Notes: a model not told the origin generated them from the sequence alone. Positions 18,604-29,352 are shown, counted from the stretch's first letter. The stretch: DNA of 64,000 nt from an uncultured virus (IMG/VR IMGVR_UViG_3300028241_002116) (IMGVR_UViG_3300028241_002116); one strand, 5' to 3'. Translations and numbers: made by a program.

Positions 18604-21216
18604 ATGGAAAGAGAACAAATTATTGATATAATAAACCGCAAGATTGATTATTCAGACATGGAGAAAGCTAAAAAGATTCTATCACGGAATTATGATATTG
18701 AGATACACAAAGCTGATGCTGAAGATATTAAAATTACTCTGTCAAAAGGCAATCCGGTAGCTATAAGGAATCACCTTATAATCGGTTATGATAATCTTAA
18801 AAAAGCTTTTGAGGATTCAGACGGTGATTTTTTTCAGATTGAAAGACCTGTTGAAGCGGTTACTATAAAAGAAGAGATTGATAACCGTGAACCTTTTGCA
18901 ATTATCGGACGTAATGAATGGGATCAGACATTGCATGATTTCTTAAATATTATTGAGCCACTTAAAATCGGAGAAGTTTTTCTCCCTGGACATTCTGCAA
19001 TATTCAATTTTCTTAATCCAGATGAAGAGACTAAAAAGAAAAAAATTCAATCTGTACTCTCCGGTGTTCAGATAAATGTTTATGAATCGCTGAACTATGT
19101 CGATAACTGTCTGCATGAAATGGGACATCTGTTCTGGAGAACTTGCATGAAGTTTGACGAAAAAATGCAGTTTAAAGAGCTACACAAATATCTTAAACCT
19201 TCAGCGATATACGAATATGAGTGGGAGAGATCAGACGAACAGGAAGTTTTCTGCACCATATATAAATGGTATCTGAAATCTATTCTAATTAATAAATCGT
19301 TCTATAATATTCTTGAGTTTGAAGAACCACAGGGATTGAAACTATTACAGCAAGTCATGGAGCGTAAAGCAAAGGATCAGGTTATAAATGACATCTGGGA
19401 AATGTCAAAGCATGAAGTCATGGAATATTTCAATCCGAAATTTGACAAGACAAGCGGAAAGTATATCAGGAAACAGGGATTGGCAGAAAAGATAAAAGAC
19501 ATTGAATTACCTGGTTATATACTCAATCAGATTGAGTCAGTTCAGGAAGGTGTTCCGTATATTGCACTTGGTAAAGCAATAGTTCCGGTATGTGGCAATA
19601 TGATTGATTTTGAGAAAGCTAAATATATAAGCCGTAAGCCTGACGGTAAAGGCGGTTGGATTTATACTTATCCTAAAGACACAAAAGGCAGAGATAAAAA
19701 GATAGAGGAAAAGAAAGAAGGTGGGAAAGTTGATCAGACACAAACACCTGAATTTAAGAAATGGTTTGGAGATAGTAAGGTTGTTGATAGTGAAGGTAAG
19801 CCACTTATAGTTTATCATGGAACTAATTCAGATTTTAAAGAATTTGATATAAATAAAAGTGGTGAAAGTACGGATACTGGTATGTGGGGAAGAGGTTTTT
19901 ATTTTTCTGATAATTCGGAATATGCATCTCAATATGCAAAAAAAGAAAAAGGAAATGTGAAACCAGTATTTATTTCAATAAAAAATCCTTTTATAATAAA
20001 ATCAAAAGATGATATTCCTGATATAAAAATTCCCAATGAAACTATTGAAGATATGAAAAATGCAGATAAAAATTACTCTAAAATGTTCACGGAATATGTT
20101 AAAAACAAAGGACATGACGGTGTTATTGTAGATATGAGAGGTGAAAAAGAAATTATAGCTTTTTCCCCTAATCAGATTAAATCAGCAACAGGCAACAGAG
20201 GCACTTTTGATCCAAATTCTGCTGATATGACTAAAGCTATAAATCTTGATAAACCAACAATTTTCTTAGATATGGATGGAGTGGTTACATGGTTCTCTGA
20301 GGCGTACAAAACTGCTTTTGACCGTGACGTATTCAAGGATGATTCATTTACTGTAACGCAAATGTGCTTAACTCAGCCTCACTTTTTCAGGACTATTCCG
20401 GTCTTAGAAAGAGGCAAAGAACTATATGACAGGTTATCTAAAAAGTATAATGTTATATTCCTCACTACTCCGATGCCAGGCATGGAGTATTGTAAATCAG
20501 ATAAACTGGAATGGTTAAAGGAAAACATCTGCGAAAATCCAACTGTAATATTCTCAGATAATAAAGCTGATTACGCACACTCAGCGCATGATATATTAAT
20601 TGATGACATGAAACATAATCTGGAGGGATTTTCAGAAGCCGGAGGAACTGCGATTGATTTCACGAAACACACAAACGATGAGATAATGGATAAGATCGCA
20701 GACACGCTCAACCCTCAGAAAGAGATTAAGATAATCAAGGAACAGATTAAGAATATGCAGGTTAATACTTCTCCTACGGAAAAGCAGAAAGAATCAGGTA
20801 TTTACCAAAAGGGGAGATTTGTAATTAAAGGGATTCCGGTTGTTATAGAAAATCCGAAGGGATCTGTCAGGTGGGGAATCGGTGAAAACGGCAGGAAATG
20901 GGTTTCAAAGATGAAGTCTCATTACGGATACATCCAGCATAAAGGGGAGGCTATTGATGGAGATAAAGTTGATGTATTTATCGGAGATAATTTCAGTAAC
21001 AACAAAGTGTTCGTTGTCAACCAGGGAAAAAATAATATGTTTGATGAACATAAAGTTATGATCGGTTATCCTGATATTAACACAGCTAAAGAATCGTACC
21101 TTGCCTGTTATGAAAAGGGATGGGAGAAAAACATAATGTCTATTATACCGACAAACACTAAGAAGTTAAAAGATTGGCTGAAATCAGGGAACATGAATGA
21201 ACCGTATAGAGACTAA
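18604..21216 (+). CDS. polyvalent protein: zincin-like + ADP-ribosyltransferase (ART-PolyVal-like) + HAD 5'(3')-deoxyribonucleotidase + inorganic pyrophosphatase-like
   Basis: HEMGH; FKKWFGDSKVVDSEGKPLIVYHGT..GRGFYFS..GHDGVI..EIIAF.PNQIKS; FLDMDGV..LIDD; IENPKGS..YGYI..DGDKVDVF..FDEHKV. Confidence 0.85.
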   Translation: MEREQIIDIINRKIDYSDMEKAKKILSRNYDIEIHKADAEDIKITLSKGNPVAIRNHLIIGYDNLKKAFEDSDGDFFQIERPVEAVTIKEEIDNREPFAIIGRNEWDQTLHDFLNIIEPLKIGEVFLPGHSAIFNFLNPDEETKKKKIQSVLSGVQINVYESLNYVDNCLHEMGHLFWRTCMKFDEKMQFKELHKYLKPSAIYEYEWERSDEQEVFCTIYKWYLKSILINKSFYNILEFEEPQGLKLLQQVMERKAKDQVINDIWEMSKHEVMEYFNPKFDKTSGKYIRKQGLAEKIKDIELPGYILNQIESVQEGVPYIALGKAIVPVCGNMIDFEKAKYISRKPDGKGGWIYTYPKDTKGRDKKIEEKKEGGKVDQTQTPEFKKWFGDSKVVDSEGKPLIVYHGTNSDFKEFDINKSGESTDTGMWGRGFYFSDNSEYASQYAKKEKGNVKPVFISIKNPFIIKSKDDIPDIKIPNETIEDMKNADKNYSKMFTEYVKNKGHDGVIVDMRGEKEIIAFSPNQIKSATGNRGTFDPNSADMTKAINLDKPTIFLDMDGVVTWFSEAYKTAFDRDVFKDDSFTVTQMCLTQPHFFRTIPVLERGKELYDRLSKKYNVIFLTTPMPGMEYCKSDKLEWLKENICENPTVIFSDNKADYAHSAHDILIDDMKHNLEGFSEAGGTAIDFTKHTNDEIMDKIADTLNPQKEIKIIKEQIKNMQVNTSPTEKQKESGIYQKGRFVIKGIPVVIENPKGSVRWGIGENGRKWVSKMKSHYGYIQHKGEAIDGDKVDVFIGDNFSNNKVFVVNQGKNNMFDEHKVMIGYPDINTAKESYLACYEKGWEKNIMSIIPTNTKKLKDWLKSGNMNEPYRD

Positions 21217-21234
21217 GCGAAAGGAATTTAAAAC

Positions 21235-21624
21235 ATGATTATTACAATAAAAATTCGACCTTCATTTTCTATGGGATTAACTATATTTTTATCACCTTCT
21301 TTATCACGAAAAACTCTCTTTGAATTATCATATCAAGAAGGTTGTATGTATTTTGACGATTTACCTCCCACTCCTTCTACTATTAAAAAACTAACTAAAA
21401 AGGAATGGGAGGTTTTAACAGAAGATTTAAAAGGTGAAGTTGAAATTATACCTAAATTTGTTATGGGTCTTGATGGTTGTACATATACTATTAAAATTCA
21501 GAGTGGATTTAATCATTATAAATATACATTATGGTCACCTAATTTTGATACAAGAAAAAATCCATTATGTTCTTTTATAAATAAAGTATTAATGAAAATA
21601 GATAAAACAGAATATTTAATTTAA
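21235..21624 (+). CDS. hypothetical protein
   Basis: AT-rich ORF between the polyvalent genes; GLDG motif. Confidence 0.5.
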   Translation: MIITIKIRPSFSMGLTIFLSPSLSRKTLFELSYQEGCMYFDDLPPTPSTIKKLTKKEWEVLTEDLKGEVEIIPKFVMGLDGCTYTIKIQSGFNHYKYTLWSPNFDTRKNPLCSFINKVLMKIDKTEYLI

Positions 21625-21661
21625 AGAATGAATATAAATATTAAATTAAAGAGGCTTCTAA

Positions 21662-24600
21662 ATGAAAATAGACTTCTCAAGATACTCTCCACAGGAACTA
21701 AGGGATCAGACAGAAATCGAATTCCAGAAATGCGGTGACGCAAAGCAAGCGGTTTATAATGCTTTAGCGTTTCTTAATAATATGTATGGAGTAAGTGATA
21801 TGCAGAAAGCAACACAACTTGAAATCGGTACTAAAATTGAGTCAGAGCATAAGGACACTTTTAAATTTATAAAAGACTACAAAAAGAAACACGGCGAATA
21901 TCCCCCCGAAGAAATGGTTTATAAGCAGATTGCTAAAGACCATCTATCCGAATTTAAAGATTATTATACGAGGTTAATAGCTATGGAGAAACAGGCTGAA
22001 CAGGAAATGAGTAAGGCTAAATATATAAAAAAGATCCCTGACGGTAAGGGCGGTTGGAAATATTTTTATGCAGAGCCGAAAGATAAAAAAGAAAGAAATA
22101 TTGAAGAAAAGAAAGAGAGCAAAAGTAATATTTTAAGAGAAATGTTACCTTCTTATTATAATTATACTGAAAAAGATTTAAAAAGAATTACAGATTTGTT
22201 GCCCGATAATAATTTTTTTGCAACAAAAGAAGAAAGTTATAATGATAATAATTGGTCAGAAGAAAATACAACTGGTTATAAAGAATATGAAGTCAAAAAC
22301 GGAAAAATGTTTTTTGGTTTAGATGGAGTTCAGGAATTACAAAAAGATATACCATCTCCAGAATATCCATATTTTTTCAGAGCAACGAACAACACTAAAG
22401 AACCTGAACTTGGTGATTTTAAATCAACAAATTATGTAACTGGTCAAAAAGAAAAAGGAATGTCAGTGTCTCCCCATCCGAGATATGCTGTTTTTAATAA
22501 TCTTAAACATCTATATGCTGTAACTGGGGAAATTGCAGGATATGGAAGTGATGGAGAACCATTATTGACAAATGTAAAATTTTTAAAAAAATTAAATATA
22601 AAAGAGGCAGAAAAAGAACATACTATAAAAAAATTAGAATCTGGTATAAAATTTTTAAAAGACAAAGGTATGAATGATTCTGGAAAAATATTAAATGTTC
22701 TAATGAGATTAAAAGGTTATAATCTTGAATCTTCCGAATCTCTCCAGAAGGCTAAAAAAGACTTAACTAAACTCATTAAAAAAGTTATAATAAACTCGAA
22801 GGGTGTTCAGCAGACTGTTTATACTCTTCCAGAAGGTGCAAAGACTGAGTGGCTTAATAAGTTCATGCAGTTTTTTAATTTCAAAGATTCAAGGCAAGCG
22901 AACCAGAAACTTGAAGCTGATTACAAAGCTAATAATCTCGATAAAAAAGGTGTAACATGGCAGCAGTGGAAAGATCATGTTTCGGAATATTTTAATAACA
23001 AAGATAAGTGGGATCGCTTTTTTAATAAAAGCACAGAGCAGAAAAAAGAGACGGCAAAGAAAGAGGAACAGAAAGCTAAGAAGTCTAATAAAAAGCCTAA
23101 GACTGCGGTATATAAGCTGTCTCTTATGAAGTTTATTGCTGGCATGTATGGTAAAGCTCCAGAGAAGGTGAAAGAAGATATTAAAGAAAAAGAAAGAGAA
23201 AAAAGACGATTAGAAAATAAAGTATCAAAAGAAGAACTTAAAAATGTTTCTGAAAAATTAAAAAATCAGTTTGGAAAAGAAGAATTTCCTTCAAATGTTT
23301 CAGATTTATACAATCATCCAAATTTTCCATATATTACAACTCAATTGATTAACGAAGGATTTTTAACAGTGTCAAGAGAGGTTAATGGGAATCTGTTATA
23401 TAAAGTCTCTGAAAACAATTTCGAGACAATGCCTGAGAGTGAAGAGGATATTCTTAACAGGTTAAATATAAAAACTAATAAAGATGCCATATTATATGTT
23501 AAGAATAAATCAAAAGAATACGGAACACAAAGAGACTATCTTAAAACAGATGAATATAAAAAACTTTATCCTATATTTAAAAAATTATATGACAAAGAAC
23601 AGGAAGAGTTAAAAAGAAAAAAAATAGAGGAAAGAGAAAAAAATAAAGTTAAAATAGATTTAGAGCATTTAATTCAAGATCAACAGGAAACAAAAGATAA
23701 ACCAGTTGAACCGGAAACACCAGAACAAAAAACAGAAGATAAGAAATTTGCACAAAGAATAAACGATGCAAGACCGGATAACCGAAACTGGGTAGAAAGA
23801 GAAATTACAGGTGTTACAGAACAAGAAGCTGAAAAAGTTGATATTCCTAAAATTGAATTTAAACCGAAGTCAAATAATGTAACTATACCGATGTTTCAGG
23901 GTGGCAATCCGCAAGTTGTTCCTGTCTGGGATTATTCAGATGTTACTCCAAAAGATATTTATCTTGTTAAAGAAAAAAATATATTAACAGCGGATCGACC
24001 ATCTTATATTCCTGAAATTGATGAAACTTTTTTCGCTGAAAATAAATATTTTATTCCTACGGTAAAACTGGGAGAAAATAAATATTTTATTCAGACTCAT
24101 AAAAGAAGAACGGTGTATGAGGGAAGGGGTGCGGAAGTTCAGGGAAATAATTATTATGTAGTTGTAACAAGGGATGTCTTAGCTTCTATGCAGGATTATT
24201 ATTTAAAGAAAGCTAAGATATTAAAAAAACAGGAAGTTGAAAGCTATAAACAAAGAACTGGAAGAACACCACGATCAGGCACTCGCATATCAATGATCGC
24301 TGAGAATAAAATGACATATCCACAAATGAACTTTATTCAAAGTTTTGTCGGAGGCGGGCGATATGATAATCATGCCGCTTGGGTAATGTATAAACAAATT
24401 AGACAGGATCTAAAACAAAAAACTGAGGATATGGAAATACAATTAGAGGAGTATGAAAATACTCATGCAAAAGGCAGAGAAACTGCTTACGGAGATAAAG
24501 GATTAAAAGATAATTTGTTAAAAGATTACGGTGTTAAAGTTAAAAGACAAAACGGTGCTGAAATTACAAATGAAGAAATTGGAGAGATTAAATCTGCTCT

Positions 24601-25201
24601 TGATACAGTGTATTCAGTTTTTGGAGATAGAAAATCGATGGCTCAAAATTTCGGGCTAAAAATCTCCCATGCTGGAGATGTAAGAATGCACGCAAGAAAA
24701 GCTGTTGGATTATTTATACCACGAATGAAAGCAATTGGTGTAACTGCAAAATATGGAGACAAAGGAACAGGTTTTATTCTGGCGCATGAATGGGGACATT
24801 TTATGGATTATTATGTTGGAAATAAAAACGGCAGACATTATATGTCTGATGATCCAGAACATGCCGCCGGACAGATTGCAGAAACATTCAGAAGCAGTAT
24901 GGCGAAAAAACAGACTTCAAAATATCAGACAAGGACTTGTGAATGTTTTGCAAGAGCAATGGAGCAGTATTGGGCTATAAAAACCGATAACAAAGAATTG
25001 ATGGCTGAATGGGACATGGGGAATCATCCCACAGAGGATAAATTCAAAGAAAGAGTTATGCCTTTAATCGACAAATTTCTCACCGAAAACGAGGAGCTTT
25101 TGAAAGCGTTTCATAAAGAGTTTGACAATAACAAAAAGGTATTTATAAAGAAGAAAAATCCTCTGACTGGTAAATTTGAATACAGGAAGGTAAAAAAATA
25201 A
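21662..25201 (+). CDS. polyvalent protein: DUF5661-like + putative ART-like + LPD1/zincin-like metallopeptidase
   Basis: GTKIESEH..IAKDHLSEFKDYYTRL; FRAT..GMSVS..GSDGEPLL; AHEWGHFMD..ECFARAMEQY. Confidence 0.75.
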   Translation: MKIDFSRYSPQELRDQTEIEFQKCGDAKQAVYNALAFLNNMYGVSDMQKATQLEIGTKIESEHKDTFKFIKDYKKKHGEYPPEEMVYKQIAKDHLSEFKDYYTRLIAMEKQAEQEMSKAKYIKKIPDGKGGWKYFYAEPKDKKERNIEEKKESKSNILREMLPSYYNYTEKDLKRITDLLPDNNFFATKEESYNDNNWSEENTTGYKEYEVKNGKMFFGLDGVQELQKDIPSPEYPYFFRATNNTKEPELGDFKSTNYVTGQKEKGMSVSPHPRYAVFNNLKHLYAVTGEIAGYGSDGEPLLTNVKFLKKLNIKEAEKEHTIKKLESGIKFLKDKGMNDSGKILNVLMRLKGYNLESSESLQKAKKDLTKLIKKVIINSKGVQQTVYTLPEGAKTEWLNKFMQFFNFKDSRQANQKLEADYKANNLDKKGVTWQQWKDHVSEYFNNKDKWDRFFNKSTEQKKETAKKEEQKAKKSNKKPKTAVYKLSLMKFIAGMYGKAPEKVKEDIKEKEREKRRLENKVSKEELKNVSEKLKNQFGKEEFPSNVSDLYNHPNFPYITTQLINEGFLTVSREVNGNLLYKVSENNFETMPESEEDILNRLNIKTNKDAILYVKNKSKEYGTQRDYLKTDEYKKLYPIFKKLYDKEQEELKRKKIEEREKNKVKIDLEHLIQDQQETKDKPVEPETPEQKTEDKKFAQRINDARPDNRNWVEREITGVTEQEAEKVDIPKIEFKPKSNNVTIPMFQGGNPQVVPVWDYSDVTPKDIYLVKEKNILTADRPSYIPEIDETFFAENKYFIPTVKLGENKYFIQTHKRRTVYEGRGAEVQGNNYYVVVTRDVLASMQDYYLKKAKILKKQEVESYKQRTGRTPRSGTRISMIAENKMTYPQMNFIQSFVGGGRYDNHAAWVMYKQIRQDLKQKTEDMEIQLEEYENTHAKGRETAYGDKGLKDNLLKDYGVKVKRQNGAEITNEEIGEIKSALDTVYSVFGDRKSMAQNFGLKISHAGDVRMHARKAVGLFIPRMKAIGVTAKYGDKGTGFILAHEWGHFMDYYVGNKNGRHYMSDDPEHAAGQIAETFRSSMAKKQTSKYQTRTCECFARAMEQYWAIKTDNKELMAEWDMGNHPTEDKFKERVMPLIDKFLTENEELLKAFHKEFDNNKKVFIKKKNPLTGKFEYRKVKK

Positions 25202-28188
25202 TGGCTAAAACAAGAATAATGATTAAGCTGTCAAACGGAAAGTATATTGATATGTCAAAGGCTAAGACCATAAAGCCTGAAGATAAAGTGCATACAGTTA
25301 TGAGAGAATTTAAAGAAGGTAAGCTGAAATCAAGCTCAGGTCAATTGGTGACTTCAAGAGAACAGGCTTTAGCAATCGCAATGTCGGAAAGCGGATTATC
25401 TAAAAATATGATCCATGATATTGCTATTGAATATGACTCAATGGAAAAGGCAAGACCTACGAAATATATTAAGAGAGTGCCTAAGCCTTCAGGTAAAGGG
25501 TATTATTACTTTTATACAAGGGAGCAAGTTAAAGAGTTCCGGGAAAAAGGTATAGTGCCTAAAAAGGAGAAGGGAGGTAGTTTCTGGGATAAAGTTAAAT
25601 CCTTTTTCGGTAATAACGCTGATGAAAAGGTTAATAAACTGCATGAGATAGTATCAGGTGCAGGAATATCAGTAACAAAGGATTCACTCGCTGAACATTT
25701 AGCTGAATATTTGAGCAATAAAGAGAAGTGGGATGCAAAGTTTAGGGGAGAGAAAAAAGAAAAGGGTGAGACAAAGCCTAAGACTGAATCTGCAAAGTCT
25801 GAGAAAAAAGAAAGCGGTGCAAAAAAAGAAGGTAGTAAATGGAATACTAATCTTATGAAATTTTTCTCTAATCAGTACGGTATGATTGGAGCGTTGAAAA
25901 AAGAAGAGGTTAAGAAAACAGACGATATTGAAACAGCGAATTATAAAGATCCGAAATATAATAAAGAAGAAAAGACTTCTATAATCCTTTTTCAAGAATT
26001 TGGTAATTCTGGAGTAGGTTATACTTATGATTCTTCAATTGATAAAAGTATAGAAAATGAAAAATCTATTTTAAAAAGATTTGAAAATGAAAAATATAGA
26101 AAACCTGAAGTAGCTATAAAAAATGTTAAAGAATCTATAAAAAAATTAGAAGATATTAAGAAACAGGGATATAATCATATATCTGAATGGGTTGAAGATA
26201 AAATAAATAAAATTGATTCTCAAAAAGACAACTTTGAGACTATGCCGGAGGGAAATGATATAGAAAAAGGTATAGAGGATTATTATAAAAAAATTACAGA
26301 AGAATTTAGCAATGAAAAACCTGATTTAGATAAAATCAAGAAAGTTGCTAAAGAAAAAGCTAATAAAATAAATTCAATTATGAGTAAAGAAATTTCTTTA
26401 GATACGGGTGGAATAGTTAAATCAAATAAGAAGTTTACACTTGAAAAATATGATCCAAAAGAAGATAAAATGACTTTTAAAGATTCTTCTGGTAAAGTTT
26501 TTGAAACAACTTTTTCTAAATTTGAAAAAGAAAATCCTTCTGTTTTTAAGCCCTCCGCAACCGAAGCACTGAAAACTTTTACGATAGTAGATAATAATAA
26601 TCCTGAAAGAACCGTAAAAGTGCAGGCTAAAGATGAAAATGAAGCTAAAGATAAAGGTGCTTCAGAACTTAAAACTACAAACATAAGAACTTATGAGTCA
26701 AGTAATAAAGTCGAAGCCCTGAAAGAGGAGCTGGGGAAGAAGAAGGGAGAGAGTAAAGAGAGAGAAATAACCGTTTTTGGAAAACAACAAAAAGTTAAAA
26801 CTAAGCCGATAGAATTAAATTTGGGATATGATCATCCTTTTGAAATTGCTAAAAGAGAATTTGGAAGTGGTCGCTCAGATTGGATTATTCTTGAAGGTAA
26901 TACAGGTTTAAAAGTTGGAGATGGTAAAACTCAAAAAGAGGCTATTAGTAATGCTGAATCTATGATAAAAAAATATGCTAAATCTGAGTCTGAATTTAAG
27001 CAAATAGTGAATGAGAATAAACCTGAAAATATTGCTAAAAAAGAAGCCGAAAAAGAAGCCGAAAAACAAAAAGCAATAAAAGAAGAAGAAATAAAAACAA
27101 AAGAAAAAATTAACAAAGAGAAATCTTCTAATATCTATTCCCCTGATGCTAAAAAACTTTCTTATGGCCCTATAAATATGAAAAATATATCTGATGAAAA
27201 AGAGCGTATGGCTTTTGAAAAAATGAAAGTTTCAAATATGATTACTGACGGCAATAGAAATTTTAAACCATTATTTTCTTATAGCACAGAAGGTCAGGAA
27301 CAGGGTGTCTGGACAGATTCAAGAATGATGATTATAGATAAAAAGATTGCAGATGAAATTTATAACACAAATAAACAACGTGAATTTTTAAGAGAAAAAA
27401 AGAAAAATCCAAACAAGTCTGATGATGAAATTATATTTCAAATTACAGAAAAAGGAGAAGGTAATTTTCCAAATTATAAACAGGTAATACCACAAGAAGA
27501 TTATATTTCCAAACAAGATGCTAAATTTACTGGAAAGTTTAAAAAAGGTGATGGTAAAGACAGTGTAAATATTGCTGAATATTCTGACGGAGAAAATACT
27601 TATTATTTTCAACCCGATCTTGTTGCTACTATAAAAAATAAATTTCCTAATGCAAAAATGCACTTAAACACATCTGGATCAATGAGTCCGGCTGTATTTA
27701 AAGTCGGAAATGAAATAAAGGCTGTTTTAATGCCAATGCAAAGAAAAGATGACTCAGGCCTTGAGTCACTTGAAAAAGCCCTCTCCAATCTCAGACATGA
27801 GATAATGTTCAAGGCTCAGCCAACAAAATATATCAAAAAAATACCTAATCCAAACGGAAAAGGGTATATCTATTTCTATACTCAGGCACAGGTCAAGGAA
27901 TACGAGAAAACAGGAAAACTCCCCGATGATCAGAAGAAAAAGCCTGATGTGAAAGAATCCACAGGCAAAGGAAACATTGAGATATTAAAGGAAAGCATTA
28001 AAAAGGTAGCTTCAATATTTGCTGATGCTTTAAGTGCTAAAGACGCTGTTCAGCCCACAGGTCAGGCAGTAGAGCAGACCGGTGAAAATGTCGCTCAAAA
28101 GTCTAAAGAGAAAAAAAGACTTGAAAAACAAAGAGACATAAGAAAGACTACAAAAAAGAATACACCGGAGGAAAAACCGACTAAATAA
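25201..28188 (+). CDS. polyvalent protein: DUF6496-like + beta-clamp-like domain
   Basis: KVHTVMREFKEGKLKSSSG..QALAIAMSE; GNFPNYKQVIP..PAVFK..AVLMPM. Confidence 0.7.
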   Translation: MAKTRIMIKLSNGKYIDMSKAKTIKPEDKVHTVMREFKEGKLKSSSGQLVTSREQALAIAMSESGLSKNMIHDIAIEYDSMEKARPTKYIKRVPKPSGKGYYYFYTREQVKEFREKGIVPKKEKGGSFWDKVKSFFGNNADEKVNKLHEIVSGAGISVTKDSLAEHLAEYLSNKEKWDAKFRGEKKEKGETKPKTESAKSEKKESGAKKEGSKWNTNLMKFFSNQYGMIGALKKEEVKKTDDIETANYKDPKYNKEEKTSIILFQEFGNSGVGYTYDSSIDKSIENEKSILKRFENEKYRKPEVAIKNVKESIKKLEDIKKQGYNHISEWVEDKINKIDSQKDNFETMPEGNDIEKGIEDYYKKITEEFSNEKPDLDKIKKVAKEKANKINSIMSKEISLDTGGIVKSNKKFTLEKYDPKEDKMTFKDSSGKVFETTFSKFEKENPSVFKPSATEALKTFTIVDNNNPERTVKVQAKDENEAKDKGASELKTTNIRTYESSNKVEALKEELGKKKGESKEREITVFGKQQKVKTKPIELNLGYDHPFEIAKREFGSGRSDWIILEGNTGLKVGDGKTQKEAISNAESMIKKYAKSESEFKQIVNENKPENIAKKEAEKEAEKQKAIKEEEIKTKEKINKEKSSNIYSPDAKKLSYGPINMKNISDEKERMAFEKMKVSNMITDGNRNFKPLFSYSTEGQEQGVWTDSRMMIIDKKIADEIYNTNKQREFLREKKKNPNKSDDEIIFQITEKGEGNFPNYKQVIPQEDYISKQDAKFTGKFKKGDGKDSVNIAEYSDGENTYYFQPDLVATIKNKFPNAKMHLNTSGSMSPAVFKVGNEIKAVLMPMQRKDDSGLESLEKALSNLRHEIMFKAQPTKYIKKIPNPNGKGYIYFYTQAQVKEYEKTGKLPDDQKKKPDVKESTGKGNIEILKESIKKVASIFADALSAKDAVQPTGQAVEQTGENVAQKSKEKKRLEKQRDIRKTTKKNTPEEKPTK

Positions 28189-28371
28189 ATGGAAATACTA
28201 ATCGAAAACGGAATTAAGAGGAAATGCCCTTTCTGCAATTCCATATATGCCATTGATAACGGAAATGAGATCCTTTACCGTAATATTTCTCTGGTGTATC
28301 TCGATAAAGCTAAGAGCATTACTACTATCAAGTGCAAGCAATGTAAACAGATAGTGGAAATTAAAACTTGA
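28189..28371 (+). CDS. Com-like zinc-ribbon protein
   Basis: CPFC...IKCKQCK, directly upstream of the protease gene. Confidence 0.6.
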   Translation: MEILIENGIKRKCPFCNSIYAIDNGNEILYRNISLVYLDKAKSITTIKCKQCKQIVEIKT

Positions 28372-28465
28372 CAGATTGAACAATATACTTTAAATCTGTA
28401 TGAAAATATAAAACAATAATTCCGCAGTTAAAAGGAAAAATGTTTAGACCGATACGAGGGGATAA

Positions 28466-29335
28466 ATGTTTTTCCAGATTAACGGCTTATCCATCCAAAA
28501 CCTTCAAAAAGCAACTGATGACAAGCTGATTAAAGTCGATATTGTCGCTAACCATCTGACTGAAGATTCAGACGGTGAACTCATACTCAAAGAAGCCTTT
28601 TCCCCCGATGTTGTGAAAACTTTTCTCGATATAGGTCAAATCGACTATTGGCACGATTCTAAAAATCCTTCTCTTTCAAAAGAAGAACGCAATAAAGCAA
28701 TTATAGGCAAGCCTATAGCTTTTAGATGGGAGAATGGTAAACCTATAGTAACTGCACAACTCACAAAATCTCATCCGATAGTAAGAGATATGCTTCCTCA
28801 TCTTGAAGCTGATAATCCTGTATATGCAGCAAGTGTTGGTGGCAGTAAAATGGTCATGGTTGTCAAAGATGAAACAGGTGAGGAAAAGCGAATAATTCCT
28901 AAAATTAAATGGGATCATTTAGCTATAGCTCCCTGTAACTCAGTAATCAACCGTGAGCCTGGCGTAAATGTCAGACTACTTCAGAAAGCCAATGATATAA
29001 TCGCTGAATTTAACGACATGAATTCATTTAAACTAATGTCAGGTCAGGTTTTTTCTCAGGAGCAGGAACTCAGAAAAGCTCTTGAAGCTCCTGAATCTGT
29101 TTCTGATTTATCGGAGACTTCCGGTGGAGTTGTCACAAAGCAGTCAATAGAGAAAAAGCCTGTATCGTTAACTTTCTCTGAAGATGAAGCGATGAAGTTA
29201 ATGAAAGCAATGTTCATGGTTAAAGATGATAAAATTCCTCTGACTAAAGAGGGGTACTACGAACATTTTAAAGACGATGCAGAATTTGCCGACAAGTCAT
29301 ATCGGCTGTTCGATAAATTTTTTAAAAAAAAATAA
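28466..29335 (+). CDS. prohead protease
   Basis: EDSDGE, DYWH, ASVGG, HLAI..N; precedes scaffold and capsid. Confidence 0.8.
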   Translation: MFFQINGLSIQNLQKATDDKLIKVDIVANHLTEDSDGELILKEAFSPDVVKTFLDIGQIDYWHDSKNPSLSKEERNKAIIGKPIAFRWENGKPIVTAQLTKSHPIVRDMLPHLEADNPVYAASVGGSKMVMVVKDETGEEKRIIPKIKWDHLAIAPCNSVINREPGVNVRLLQKANDIIAEFNDMNSFKLMSGQVFSQEQELRKALEAPESVSDLSETSGGVVTKQSIEKKPVSLTFSEDEAMKLMKAMFMVKDDKIPLTKEGYYEHFKDDAEFADKSYRLFDKFFKKK

Positions 29336-29352
29336 CAAGGAGCAATTGTAAC

